From Mytilus trossulus (Eukaryota), in the NCBI RefSeq assembly GCF_036588685.1, contig NC_086378.1, positions 88,412,001 to 88,476,000 on the forward strand: 64,000 nt of DNA, written 5' to 3'. Numbering within the stretch: the stretch's first letter is position 1; every line of letters begins with the position of its first letter. Shown here in pieces: positions 25,006-37,700 of the stretch. Below the pieces are notes generated by a model that was given only the letters and a program-made list of their open reading frames with translations, did no database searches and was not told where the DNA came from. The translations under genes were made by a program, and so were the position numbers.

Positions 25006-25215
25006 TACTTTAGGTGATCCTTTACAATAAATTAGGTTTTTCTTCTTTCCGACATACTATTTTTTCCATGGCCCAATTCCCGTCCTTCGTCATGGTCGAC
25101 CCAATTTGCAAAGTTGGTTACTTATTCCTTGTTCCATACTTATTACTTATTTCTTGTTCGTTACTTATTTGTTACATGTTACTTATTCGTTATGTATTCC
25201 TTATCTGTTACTTAA

Positions 25216-25445
25216 TCAACACGACGGGTGCCACATGTGAGCAGGATCTGCTTATTTTTCAGGAGCACCTGAGATCACCCCCACTTTTTGGTGGGTTTGG
25301 TGTTGCTGATTGTTTAGTTTTCTTTGTTGTGTCGTTTTTACTATTATTTGCCCGTTTGTCTTTTTCATTATTGGCCATGGCGTTGTGGGTTTATTTTCGA
25401 TCTTTCAGTTTGAATGTCACTCTGTTATCTTTCGATCCTTTTTTA
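25216..25445 (+). mobile_element. 3'-end fragment of the Penelope-like element, opposite orientation
   Basis: cacgacgggtgccacatgtgagcaggatctgctta...ggagcacctgagatcacccc...ttggccatggcgttg...atctttcgatcctttt is the reverse complement of 41505-41728. Confidence 0.8.
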
Positions 25446-25884
25446 CATACTTTTTATTGTTTAGTTTACGGTACTTCGCTTATAGAAATAATTCGATCTT
25501 GTTCTGATGTCTTTTGAAAAATGACTTGATTGGTTGTCGTTGGTTATTCATATGTATATCCGCCCATAATTAATGTGTTCTTTGACTTTTAAATTGGGAA
25601 GCTTTCTCGTGAACTTTTACCTTATTATACTATACACAAAACTAACACTATGTTTAAATAAATTACACTGCACCAGACATAAAAGATGCTTAGTCGTGTT
25701 TACACGGGACAATCAACTCAGGTTCTGGTAGAACATAGTACTTGGCAGGAAGTTAACAAAAAATTTAATGTCAGAACTTGGAATATCTACATTGAATGTT
25801 CATTCTATTGAACAATTCCTCATTTATACACAATTTTATTGATTAAATCCACAATAATTTAATATCTATAAATAATATCATATT

Positions 25885-28800
25885 CTACAAATAATAGCAT
25901 TTGCGTACAACAATTTTATCTCCATGTTTTGTCCTTTCGTAAGAAGGTTTAGGTGTTCTATACTTCTTGTGTCTCTTTGACTTGCACACTGAAGTTTTGT
26001 CATGAGGGTCTATATTTGATGACTTAGCAATAATTGTACTTCCAAAACTGAGTTCGTAATCAAATGACGGGTATAACTGGTCGTTGGATATAGTTGTTGT
26101 ATTGGCGGGAGATAAGTAAACTCCTGTGTCTTTTAACGTGTAGTTTAGCTTTCTCCTGGTACCCTTCAAGGGGAGATAACTACTGACATACGAGAGCGTA
26201 TCTTCATTGTCATCAAGGTTATAACTTTTGGCTACAGATCCAACAATGTCATTTTTCGACTTAAGTGATGCTTGTATATTATCATAGCACTCTGTCGAAC
26301 GATAATAGTTCTGTAAACTACAAACACTAGTTCTAGATTGCTGTTTCTGGTAAGCCACCATACGTCCGCTATCTGAGTTCGATCTTTGTAAGGCAGCATG
26401 ATCGCGAAACGTTGGTACCTCATTAACATTAGAGACCTCATTTGTTCCTGGAATAAGTCTCGTCATACTGGTCTTTATTCTTGTTTTACCATATCTAATA
26501 GACAGTTCATCATCGGTGCTAGTAACCTCGGACAAATCGACATCGAGGCCACTGTCAAGTTTAAACTCGGATAAATCAACGTCAAACTCGCCATCCAATT
26601 TGAAATCTTTTTCCGACATACTTTTGAGTGTCTGTTTAGCTGTCTGTAAGTTCTCTTCCAACTTAGACAGTTTAGATGCTTTCTGAAAATTGGTAATGAA
26701 TAAAATAAAAATACAAAACAGTTCTAGATTCGTGGTGGTTATTAAGAACATCATAAATAAGCAGATATTATTAAATGATATCAATGGGTCGTCAATGTTT
26801 ACTTAACTAATACGACAAACTTTGACCAATGTGGTATGTATAAAGATAATCAAGTTTTGTATAATTCAATAAAATCCATGTTCCATGTATAATCTGTAAA
26901 ACACAGTAATCTATTTTTAGTTTATGTTTGTATCGTTTGTCACTTTGACGTTTACCCTACATCTCCTTTCATGCGTACTTATTTTTTCCTTTCATGCGTA
27001 TTAAAAAAGAAGTATTTTTCTCCTTTCATGCGTATTAAAAGAAGTCTTTTTTTTCTCTGTCCATGCGTATTAATAGTAGTATTTGTTCCCCCTTCTTGCA
27101 TATTAACAGTATTATTGTTTTAAACTCTATTAACGATTACCTCAGTTAAAGACTTCTTAAGAGCTCTGTTTTCTGCAATAAGTTGGTACATCTCCTCTTC
27201 AGAATTAAGCCCTCCATACTCGTACACTGATGTAGACAGACGTACCGTTTTTTCTATTGGGGTCCTCCACCAATACAGAACCTAAAATGTTCAAAATGAA
27301 TTTTGAAATAATTCTTAAGAAAGCAGAGTTGTGTGCTTGATAATTCTTAAATGCAACCGGAGAAAAAACTGTCTAAGGTTCTCGCCTTACCTCACATAAC
27401 CTACCTTTTGTTTAATATGTAGCTTTGTTAAAGTCTTGACCATGCATGAAATATTTGCTACTGAACCTTAGGCAAATAACAATCAATTAAAACAGTGTTT
27501 TTCTTACTTTACAATGAAATTATTGATAGAATCGTAATAGCTAGTCGTTTACTTTATTGTAAATATTATTGGAGTCTTACCTTAGGCAAAAATACGGTTA
27601 TTTGAATTACCACACAACATATGGTTATGGCTAATATATGGAGAACATAAACAGCATCCGGGTCGTGACGCAATAATGACGACAACACAACAACTAATGA
27701 TGTAGTACACATGCTGAAAATAACACTGATAATGATACTTGGAGAGTCTTTCATTGGAGGCAACAACACGTTTCTCGTCTTCCAGGCTATATAAAGTCCA
27801 TAGGAAAATGTAAGTGACTTCCAGATAAAGATAAGGCTTAGCCATACGTCAACCCTTCCACACGTGCATTCCTGTATATAACCCAGATCTTGAAGACTAT
27901 GCGTGTTGTTTGTATTCGATTTCTGAAATGGATTTAAAATGAAATGCAATAAACCTCAATTGGAAATCACAATGATATACAAACAAACGATGAAAATATA
28001 TCAACATGATAAAAAAAAAATTCAAAAATTATTTTTATATTTTATTTTAAATACTTTTTTTTACGTTGCCTTTTTCAACAAATGTCAATGAATAGAAACA
28101 TGTTTTTCTTAAAAGTAGTATGTTTCTGGTTGAATTTTCATATTTTTTTTTCCTTTGTGGATATACAAAAAGACTATTTAGAATTTCACATACCTTTAAC
28201 AAGACAGCAACACGTTTTGATTGGACGAGATCAATGATTTGCCAGAGGAACAACCAGAAAGCATCCAAACACAGCACAATACCACAAATCATAAATAGCT
28301 TCTTGTCTTTGATTACCTAGAAATTGAAAAATAGTAAGTATGAAAGGTTTTATATCATTTATTTATTCATACAAGTCTTCAAAATACATTTTTGTTTCTG
28401 ATTTACTAGGTTCAATCGAAAAATATAGTACGTTTATAATTATCTTTATACTGTGATGATTGAATGTAATAATCACGGTACCATTGACTAGAAATTGAAA
28501 GTGTAAGTCGTTTTGTTCAAACAAAAGTTTACGTATCAGAGAAATAAAGATAAATTGGAAGATAATTACCACTTTCTTGATGCCAGCATTCCGGAATATT
28601 TTGTACACTCTCCAGCTCTTAGAGAAAATCGGTCCAAACACCAAGGATACTCCAAACACTATCATCCATAGTCTCATCTGAAAAAATAAATATTCATGTT
28701 TACAAAAAAACATATAAATAATGTATATTAGTTATTTGATAATTTTAACTGCTTTGATACATTTTTTAAGTCCGCGTTTTTATTTAATTTTGATCCTCTA

Positions 28801-29910
28801 CACACATCAACGGTATTGTTTGGTTATGACACAATAGCGGAAATTAATATTGTCGAAAAGTCGATAACAAAAAAACTGTCCGTTATGTAAGTACACTGCT
28901 ATATTTTAACTACTACAACTCTGATTGTTGGGTTAGATGAACGTATATTGCAAAAGGAACGAATACAAAATTGAACATAACCGCAAGAGAAAATGGTTAA
29001 AGCTGTTACAAAGATACATGATAAAAAAGAGGCAAAAGATACAAAAACGAACAAACAATTAAATCTCATCGAATTTGATAGACTACTGTAATTGGTATTT
29101 GAAGACAGGTTGACTTATAGAAAATCTCGAAGCTGTAAGGCCTTAAAAATACATTTCTGTATACCTGACATGTTACTGTAGCCTCCTGATAACGCTCCAC
29201 AAAGAAATAGTCCATTCCATACATTAAACAGACAATATTTAACAGTATTCCACCAACACTGATCAGTATATTGAGATTCGGACTCGACATTTTCATAAAT
29301 CTGCAAAAAAGACAAAATAAATACCTGCATATTGCATATAGATTTTTTATTCAGCTACGTATGATAAAAAGCTATATTTTACTCTTGAAGACTTTTGATT
29401 GATATATCTGAACAAGCATTTTTCTTTTCATATTTTTATTTCTCAAATGAATTTCGTAAGACAAAATTCAAATTCAATATATGTTGTCAATGTTCTTTAC
29501 GATGTCATTATATATTGTCAATTTTCTTTTACAATGTAAAACATATTGTCGATTTTCCTTATACATTGTCATAATACATTGTCATATTTCTTTTACAATA
29601 TCAAAACATATATAATTGTCAATTTTCTTTCACAATGTCAAAATATGTTGAAAATTAATTTTTAATGGAATATTAATATTAATGGCGGTTGTTTAAACCA
29701 AATCTGTACTTCGCATTTTTTTCTGAGATGCAAAAGTTTAGATTCCTACCTTTTATGTCTGTGAAACAAATTAAAAGTGAGAAAACTGACTGATACTACG
29801 ACTCCAATGGTGGTGGCGAAACAAGAGGCCACAAAGGTCCCCACTGATATAGTTCTGGTCTCCATTGTCAGCATTCCAACAGTACTGTCGTTCTTAACTA
29901 CAAAGTTCAT
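25885..29910 (-). CDS. Class C GPCR, GABA-B receptor-like / GPR156-like 7TM protein with coiled-coil C-tail
   Basis: Exons (minus) 29910-29750, 29300-29165, 28677-28570, 28316-28194, 27922-27581, 27281-27141, 26682-25885. Family motifs: RFMKMSSPNLN (ICL1/TM2), FGPIFSKSWRVYKIF (TM3), IKDKKL, GLYIAWKTRNV...MKDS, FLPK (end of TM7), then coiled coil LIAENRALKKSLTEKASKLSKLEENL. The start codon is less certain. Confidence 0.88.
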
Positions 29911-32870
29911 ATTTTAACTTATTATTGATCATGCATGTTTTAGCATATATTGTCACACAAGAAACAAATCATAGAAACTAAAAACTCCTCTCAACTGTGA
30001 TAAACGTATCAATGTTTTAGCTCGAGCAAACTTGTAATAAATAAAAGTGTCGCTTCTATTTGCGTTTCAATTCGCTTTTCGTTCTTATCATTTAAATGTT
30101 TTAAATTAGTAAATATGAAAGAAAAAAGAATACGTAAAGAAAATATTTTTGTTTTAAATCGTTTAAATATTTTTGGAGATATTATCCTAGCTTATCGTGA
30201 TTTTAAACTGACAGAAGAAAGAGTCATGGGAAACAAACAAGAATTAACTGGAAAATTATACTGTCTTTGTGTAAAACTATCGTATAACTTACAAACAAAC
30301 ATTTATCTTATTTTCTCGAAAGTTAATGAAATGAATTTAAAATCAAGATTTTTTTTCATTGATTTTAAATGAAAATTTGAAAGATAAATATCTGCAGACA
30401 GGTACGTGAACCCGACAACTCGACTTGATATAAACAATGTTCTAATCTAAATTATAATTTGTCATGTTATACATTTGTTTTAAATGAAAATTACAAGCAC
30501 TGTTTTCACTATTTTACTTCACATTTTATGCATTCCTTAACAGATAAATATGGCTTTATTTTTGCAAATAGAATAAAACTAAACTTCTAATTAATCTAAA
30601 TTTTGACATGTTTAAAGAATGATGGAAAATCAATTGAAATATTGTATTTTTTATAAACTTTAATGCATCTTCTATCCATCAATACAAGAAAAACTCTTTC
30701 CAGCGAAAAACTATTGCCAAATGAAAACAGTCACACCTCTGATATCAACGAACCTACATATGCATTTGGTTTGGAAAAATAATCAAATAGCTTACCAAAT
30801 CTATGCTGTATATTTCAGAAAGAGAAATATCTAAATTAAAAGTTAGGAAATATATTTTGATATATATATATTTTACATGTGTATAATATTTCTACTTTGC
30901 TACCGCACTAGGGAGAGAATTTCAATAATAATGATCATATTTCTCGTTGATGGGTTTTTATACTATAGATTTTAATGATGTGTGACTTATTGATCCATTT
31001 TAAATAATAATTATTGTTAAACTGATAAGTATGTATTGTTTACACCTTCTTACGACAAAGTAAACAATGGGAGGCACTAACAGGAAACACTTATCGTGTT
31101 AATCAAAAATTGCAATTATTTTAATTAGGCACAAACAGGATACATGTAACTATATTTCTATACAATTGCCTTCAGACATTGATAGGAATACTTATCTACA
31201 AGTAACATGCATTTTTATGATAAGCGAAATAAAATTTATTTTGATAAGTTTGCCTATTTAGAAAAAAATATATAATGTACAGACCTGATCGCCAATAATA
31301 AAACACTCCTGCGTAACAGCCTTTCTAAAATTAATGTTTCATTGCTCGAAATGATCCTCTCAACAACAAAAACACTGTCTAAAATACAATACATGATTGG
31401 TGAATTCTATTATTTATTTATTACTTAAAACCTCTCATATAAATACCCGAATAATATTAATAAAATCAATTCATAAATTAATTACAAAAACAACATGTCA
31501 AACGGATTATTTTTTTTAGTTGTGTCAACATTTTTTACTTTTAATTTGCATACAAATATTGCCTATTATTCAATCCATCTGTTTCTATTTTTTGCTTATA
31601 AACATTAATAAGGGGTGTTACTTGTGCTTCCAGGATGGAAGGATTATTATTTCTGCATTCTATAGATAATTGCAATTACATCGTTTTGGGTGTCCGCATT
31701 ATAGACTGATACAAGACTCAGTTTGGCGTGTATTTCAAAATCTATTGACCATCTCATACAAAAAAAGAAGACGAGGAATGATTGCCAATGAGACAACTCT
31801 TCACAAGAGACCAAATGACACAGAAATTAACAACTACAGGGCACCGTACAGCCTTCAACAAAGCCCATACCATACAGTCAACTATAAAAGACCCTGAAAT
31901 GACAAATGCATATTACAATTCAAACGAAAAAGATAAAGGCCAATTTAATGTACAAAAAACGAATGAAGAACAAATATGTAACACGGCAATATACGACAGT
32001 CACTGAATTACACGCACCTGGCTTGGGACAGGCACATACGTACAGAATGAAGCGGGGTTAAATATGTTAGCGGGATCCCAAACCTCCCCTAACCTGGGAC
32101 AGGCACATATGTACAGATTATGGCTGGGTTAAACATGTTATCGGGATCCCCCATACCTTGGACAGTGGTATAACAGAACAACAAAAGAAAAAGGCTCGAC
32201 TCATCAGATGGATATAAAACATCTAACACAAACATAGTTGGACTTGGCCGGGTACTTGTACATCCCAACAACAAAAGACACACTGAGAGTACTTGCAGTA
32301 ACTGACAGCTAGTTCGTTCAAAGCATCTAAGACTAAATTATCAATCGCGTATAGATTGATTGATGGTTGCTTTACGTACTGTGAAAATAATGTAAAAAGG
32401 TGTTTTAAGTCTATTACTGTAACAATACAAAGGCTGATATATCTTATTTAAAAACAAAATGTAAAGAAGTATTAAAAAAGCTGACAGAAAACAATTAACA
32501 GAAAGATATTAACGTTTTGAACTGAACCAATTAACCTACTTACATTTCATTTGGTCGCACATGAGAAAAGTTGAGCTTTGATCATAAACCCATGTAAAAG
32601 TTATTGTTCTTTTGCAATATCAACTTTCACTAATGCTTTCAAATCACACAAGTCAGGTATATGCTAAAGTTACATCAGTAGAAATCTAGATATTTGTCAC
32701 AGGACGTTTAGCAAATAAAATAAGAAATCAGTTTAAACAATACTAATAACGCAGGATAGACTGGTTAGTCGAAAGGACCACGACATGTAAGAACTTTTAT
32801 ATTGACTTTTCCTTCGCCGGTCCGGCTGGAAATTAATCCGAACCAGTTGAAATTACTAGACATGTTCCTT

Positions 32871-34209
32871 TTAAGCTCACCTGGCCCGAAGGGCCAAGTG
32901 AGCTTTTCCCATCACTTGGCGTCCGGCGTCCGGCGTCGTCGTCCGTCGTCCGTCGTCGTCGTCGTCCGTCGTCCGTCGTCGTCGTCGTCCGTCGTCGTTA
33001 GCTTTTAGAAAAATCTTCTCCTCTGAAACTACTGGGCCAAATTAAACCAAACTTGGCCACAATCATTATTGGGGTATCTAGTTTAAAAAATGTGTGGCGT
33101 GACCCGGTCAACCAACCAAAATGGCCGCCATGGCTAAAAATAGAACATAGGGGTAAAATGCAGTTTTTGGCTTTTAACTCAAAAACCAAAGCATTTAGAG
33201 CAAATCTGACATGGGGTATACTTGTTTATCAGGTCAAGATCTATCTGCTCTGAAATTTTCAGACGAATCGGACAACCCTTTGTTGGGTTTCTGCCCCTGA
33301 ATTGGTAATTTTAAGGAAATTTTGCTGTTTTTGTTATTATCTTGAATATTATTATAGATAGAGATAAACTGTAAACATCAATAATGTTCATCAAAGTAAG
33401 ATTAACAAATAAGTCAACATGACCGAAATGGTCAGTTGACCCCTTTAGGAGTTATTGCCCTTTATAGTCAATTTTTAACCATTTTTCGTAAATCTAAGTT
33501 ATCTTTTACAAAAATCTTCTCCTCTGAAACTTTTGAGCCAAATTAATCCAAACTTGGCCACAATCATTATTGGGGTATCTAGTTAAAAAAATGTGTGGCT
33601 TGACCCGGTCAACCAACCAAGATGGCCGCCATGGCTAAAAATAGAACATAGGGGTAAAATGCAGTTTTTGGCTTATAACTCAAAAACCAAAGCATTTAGA
33701 GCAAATCTGACATGGATTATAATTGTTTATCAGGTTAAGATCTATCTGCTCTGATATTTTCAGACGAATCGGACAACCCTTTGTTGGGTTGCTGCCCCTG
33801 AATTGGTAATTTTAAGGAAATTTTGCTGTTTTTGGTTATTATCTTGAATATTATTATAGATAGAGATAAACTGTAAACATCAATAATGTTCAGCAAAGTA
33901 GGATTGACAAATAAGTCAACATGACCAAAATGGTCAATTGACCCCCTAAGGAGTAATTGTCCTTTATAGTCAATTTTTAACACTTTTCATAAAATTTGTA
34001 AATTTTTATTAACATTTTCCACTGAAACTACTGGGCCAAGTTCATTATAGATAGAGATAATTGTAAGCAGCAAGACAGTTTATTACAGTAAGATTTACAA
34101 ACACATCACTATCACCAAAACACAATTTTTTCATGAATCCATCTGCTTCCTATGTTTAATATTCACATAAACCAAGGTGAGCGACACAGGCTCTTTAGAG
34201 CCTCTAGTT
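32871..34209 (+). mobile_element. Helentron-associated (HINE/DINE-like) non-autonomous element with ~500-bp tandem core
   Basis: T-rich insertion site; 5' subTIR agctcacctgg plus inverted partner aagtgagct; (GTC/GTCC)n microsatellite 32920-32998; core units starting 33009 and 33510; 3' ccaaggtgagcg, palindrome aggctctttagagcct, then ctagttt. Confidence 0.85.
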
Positions 34210-34766
34210 TCTATTATTAAAACTTTTCTTTCATTGTAACATAGACATGAATGGATAAAAACAGTAGACTTGTCAATCTAAGTTCGAAATAAGTGTGTAT
34301 TGTAAATCGTCACCCGTAGCTATCTTTTGTTTTTCTGTCGTCACTTCGTAACATAACTTAACACCACATTATTATGTTTACGAACGATTACCCAAGGTCT
34401 AAATCTGATATGTCTGTTTTAACATTGATACGCGAGGGTCTATGCATAAGTTTGCTCAGATTCTATTATATCATCAACATAAAGATGACAGTTCGATGAT
34501 CTTACTGCACAATAACGCAGTTTTGATTTATCTAATCCTAATATACAAATACACACCATTTTTGTAGTATTCGATATACATATAAGATTCTAATCTTCTT
34601 TGCAATGAAGCCCCTCGTTTTGCTATGCATGAAATATGTTACTAAAACAATATGATAGGAGAAAATTATGTCATGATTTTACTTAAAGAAATGTCAATAA
34701 GCAATGTCGATAACTATTAGTAAATAATTTATAGTTGACAAATATGGAGTCTATTAAGATAACACC

Positions 34767-37700
34767 ATGACGTTTTGGCAGGGATGGTTAATAATTCTGT
34801 ATATTACACAAACATCAGGTAAGAAAGTTTTAAGTTGCTGTTAGAAAACAAAAAACAAAATTAAAAAAGTTTCCAAAATGCCAAGCACAGCAGTAGAAGT
34901 CAAAACTAAAACCATCATACTCGAAGCTAACAATACTGTCCTCATTTGGCTACATACCAAATTAGTTTCTTAAATTATTTGATAGGAGAAAATTATATTA
35001 TATTATATTAAAGCTGATGATGATATAAACGTGGATTTGGTCATTTCCCAAGCCGGGAGCCTATGTCCTTTGTTAGTCTTGTATTTTTTTTCTAATTTAG
35101 TTTCATTTATATGTTTTGGACGTTCATCTTCCCTAACCTATAGTACACTATTTTATGAAGGTGCCAGCTTAGGATCTCCTCCGAGTGCAGATTTTCTCGA
35201 TGCGTTCAAGACCCATTGGTATCCTTCGGCTGTTGTCTGATCTTTGGTAGGGTTGTTGTCTCTTTGACACATTCTCCATTTCAGTCCATTCTCAATCTCA
35301 TTTTTATGTCGATAAATCAAAGAGATATATTTTTTACAGGATAAACTTGAATATGTACATTTTGGTCTTCATACAACAGTGAAACCCAAACTTAGATAAT
35401 TTTATAAACCAACATTTTCTAAAAATAAAAGACATCTTTCGAGGATGTTTTTTTCAAAATTGTTAAACCGCAATTTTCAGTTTTTCTTGTGACTGTTGCA
35501 GTTAAACAAGTGAAAGAATATCCTCTTTCTCTATTAATGCGACACCGTCGTACCAAACTAGAACAACACGTGCGTTGATGCAACAAGTAACACAAATTAA
35601 CCCATCACATTTTCCAGATACCATTTAAGTCAGTACTGTATGCCTTTTTATGATTGTAAGATTGTCGTATTTATTGGTTGTTTCTGGTTGCTGTCCTGTC
35701 GTATTTTTGGTATACATTATATTTATAAAGTTTTTATCCACGCCTGTACTAAATTCCAGGGTATGTAAACCTTCAAACAACAGACAACCCCTTATGGACA
35801 AAGAAATCTAGATCGTTCAAACTGTCATGTAATGGCGATAAAGAAATGTTTTGGTACAAAGGTTCCGAACTCTTGGAAAGCAATGACAATGTAGTTATCT
35901 CAAAGCAACGTCTGGTAACCGGAAGTACAGAGAAGCACGAGACGAAGATTGCGATCGACAAAGCCACTCCAACGGACAGTGGAACTTACAACTGCTCAGA
36001 TGGAACAGAACAAAAGAGCATACAGATCAAAGTTGTTCAAGGCAAGATAACTTCCCACGTAAAACTCAAAAAGAAGTTTTATTCAGAAGAACATTTGTAA
36101 ACTACATTAGAAAAATTATACTCTTATATATGATAGATTAGTCATAAGAATGAAAATACAGAACATTAATTATTTCAATCATTGACCTCTGATGGACAAA
36201 ATGACACTGTAACTACAGTTTTGGTAGAGCTGAAACCGTCATACAATACAACCATACAAATACTATATAAAAAGACATAAACTGTCATGCTGTTAAGAAA
36301 CACAACCAAAGCTATAACATTAATTGCATAGCTATTATAAAAAAAGTAACACGATACACTTTTGGTGCATCCGAAACGATTTTAAGGATTTACATTCATC
36401 AGGAACGCTCAAACCTAAAAAAAATAAAAGCCAGAGATGTAGAAGCATTTAAACACGTGAAAATCTAGATGACCAAAAGGGTACAAAAAGAAATAGCAAA
36501 AACCGTAATAGAAAAATAAGGAGTTTTGGCATGATTGCAATAAGGCAACTATCTATCAAAGTTAAAATGAAGTGGATGTTAGATATTGTCAATAATACGA
36601 CAATGTCAATTACTAGTACAGTATATAAGAAGAAACATTCTTATTCATCTATATTAAGGTCGTGTAAAGACAAATCCCTCCAGTGGAATAACAGCATTTG
36701 AAGGTGAAACGTTAACTCTTGTTTGTGAGTATGAAGGGGATACCAGACTGGATGTAAACTGGTACAAAGACCAGAAAGAATCACTAGCTAGTCGCGGATT
36801 TGTGTCCAGCAGACGAACAGTATCCAATCAGAATGTTAAAACTACCTTACAGACAACTAAAACCCGACTCTCAAGTTCTGATAGAGGTTCTTATTACTGT
36901 GAAGCTGGTCCGTATACCAAGACAATAGCGATTAATGTTCTTATCGGTTAGTATCATTATTTTATTGTACAAACAACACAACATATATAGAATAACACAA
37001 CTGACTGTATTGCATTATTAGAGGGAAAAGGTCGGTCAGGTTATTTGGATAAAAATCACATGAGATACAAGGTATACATCAATAAGTCAGAAACTCGACG
37101 ACAAATTAATTACCAAAAAGACTCTAGACGATAACATGTAGCTTTTAACAAAAAGACATCTAAAAAGAGGAATTTTGTTCTGGTATTCTTAGGATTTGAT
37201 TTTAGTTTCATTATACATAGACATCATACAATTGTATGTTGTATGGACACATTTATATTATATAAATCATAACTTGTCCATACAAATACGTTTTCTTAGA
37301 TCTGAATGGCACATAACTGAAAACTACCGGCGCAAATGACGATGAGTTTATTCGAATGAAGCATACTGTAACTCTATATTGTAGATTCTTGTAATAATCG
37401 TCTGGTTTCTGGAATGACTGGTATACCAGATGACAAGATTACAGCTTTATCATACTACAAAGATATTCTGCATGACGACTCGCCGTATTGCGCTCGTCTC
37501 AATCATACAAGCAAACCTCTTTGTGGTGGATGGTCTCCCATTGCTATGAATACGAGACAGTGGATACAGGTATACTCCACATCTCATTTATTCATACAAT
37601 ATCTTTCATCATGTGATGCTCACTATCCCTACATCTAGCAAACCGATCAATCTAAAGACATAGGATATCAAATTACAACGTACTTTTTCATCAATAATGT

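Noticed and set aside
32195-32215. CTGATGAG on the minus strand (also at 362 on plus)
   Set aside because: No downstream stem II-GAAA-stem III arrangement.
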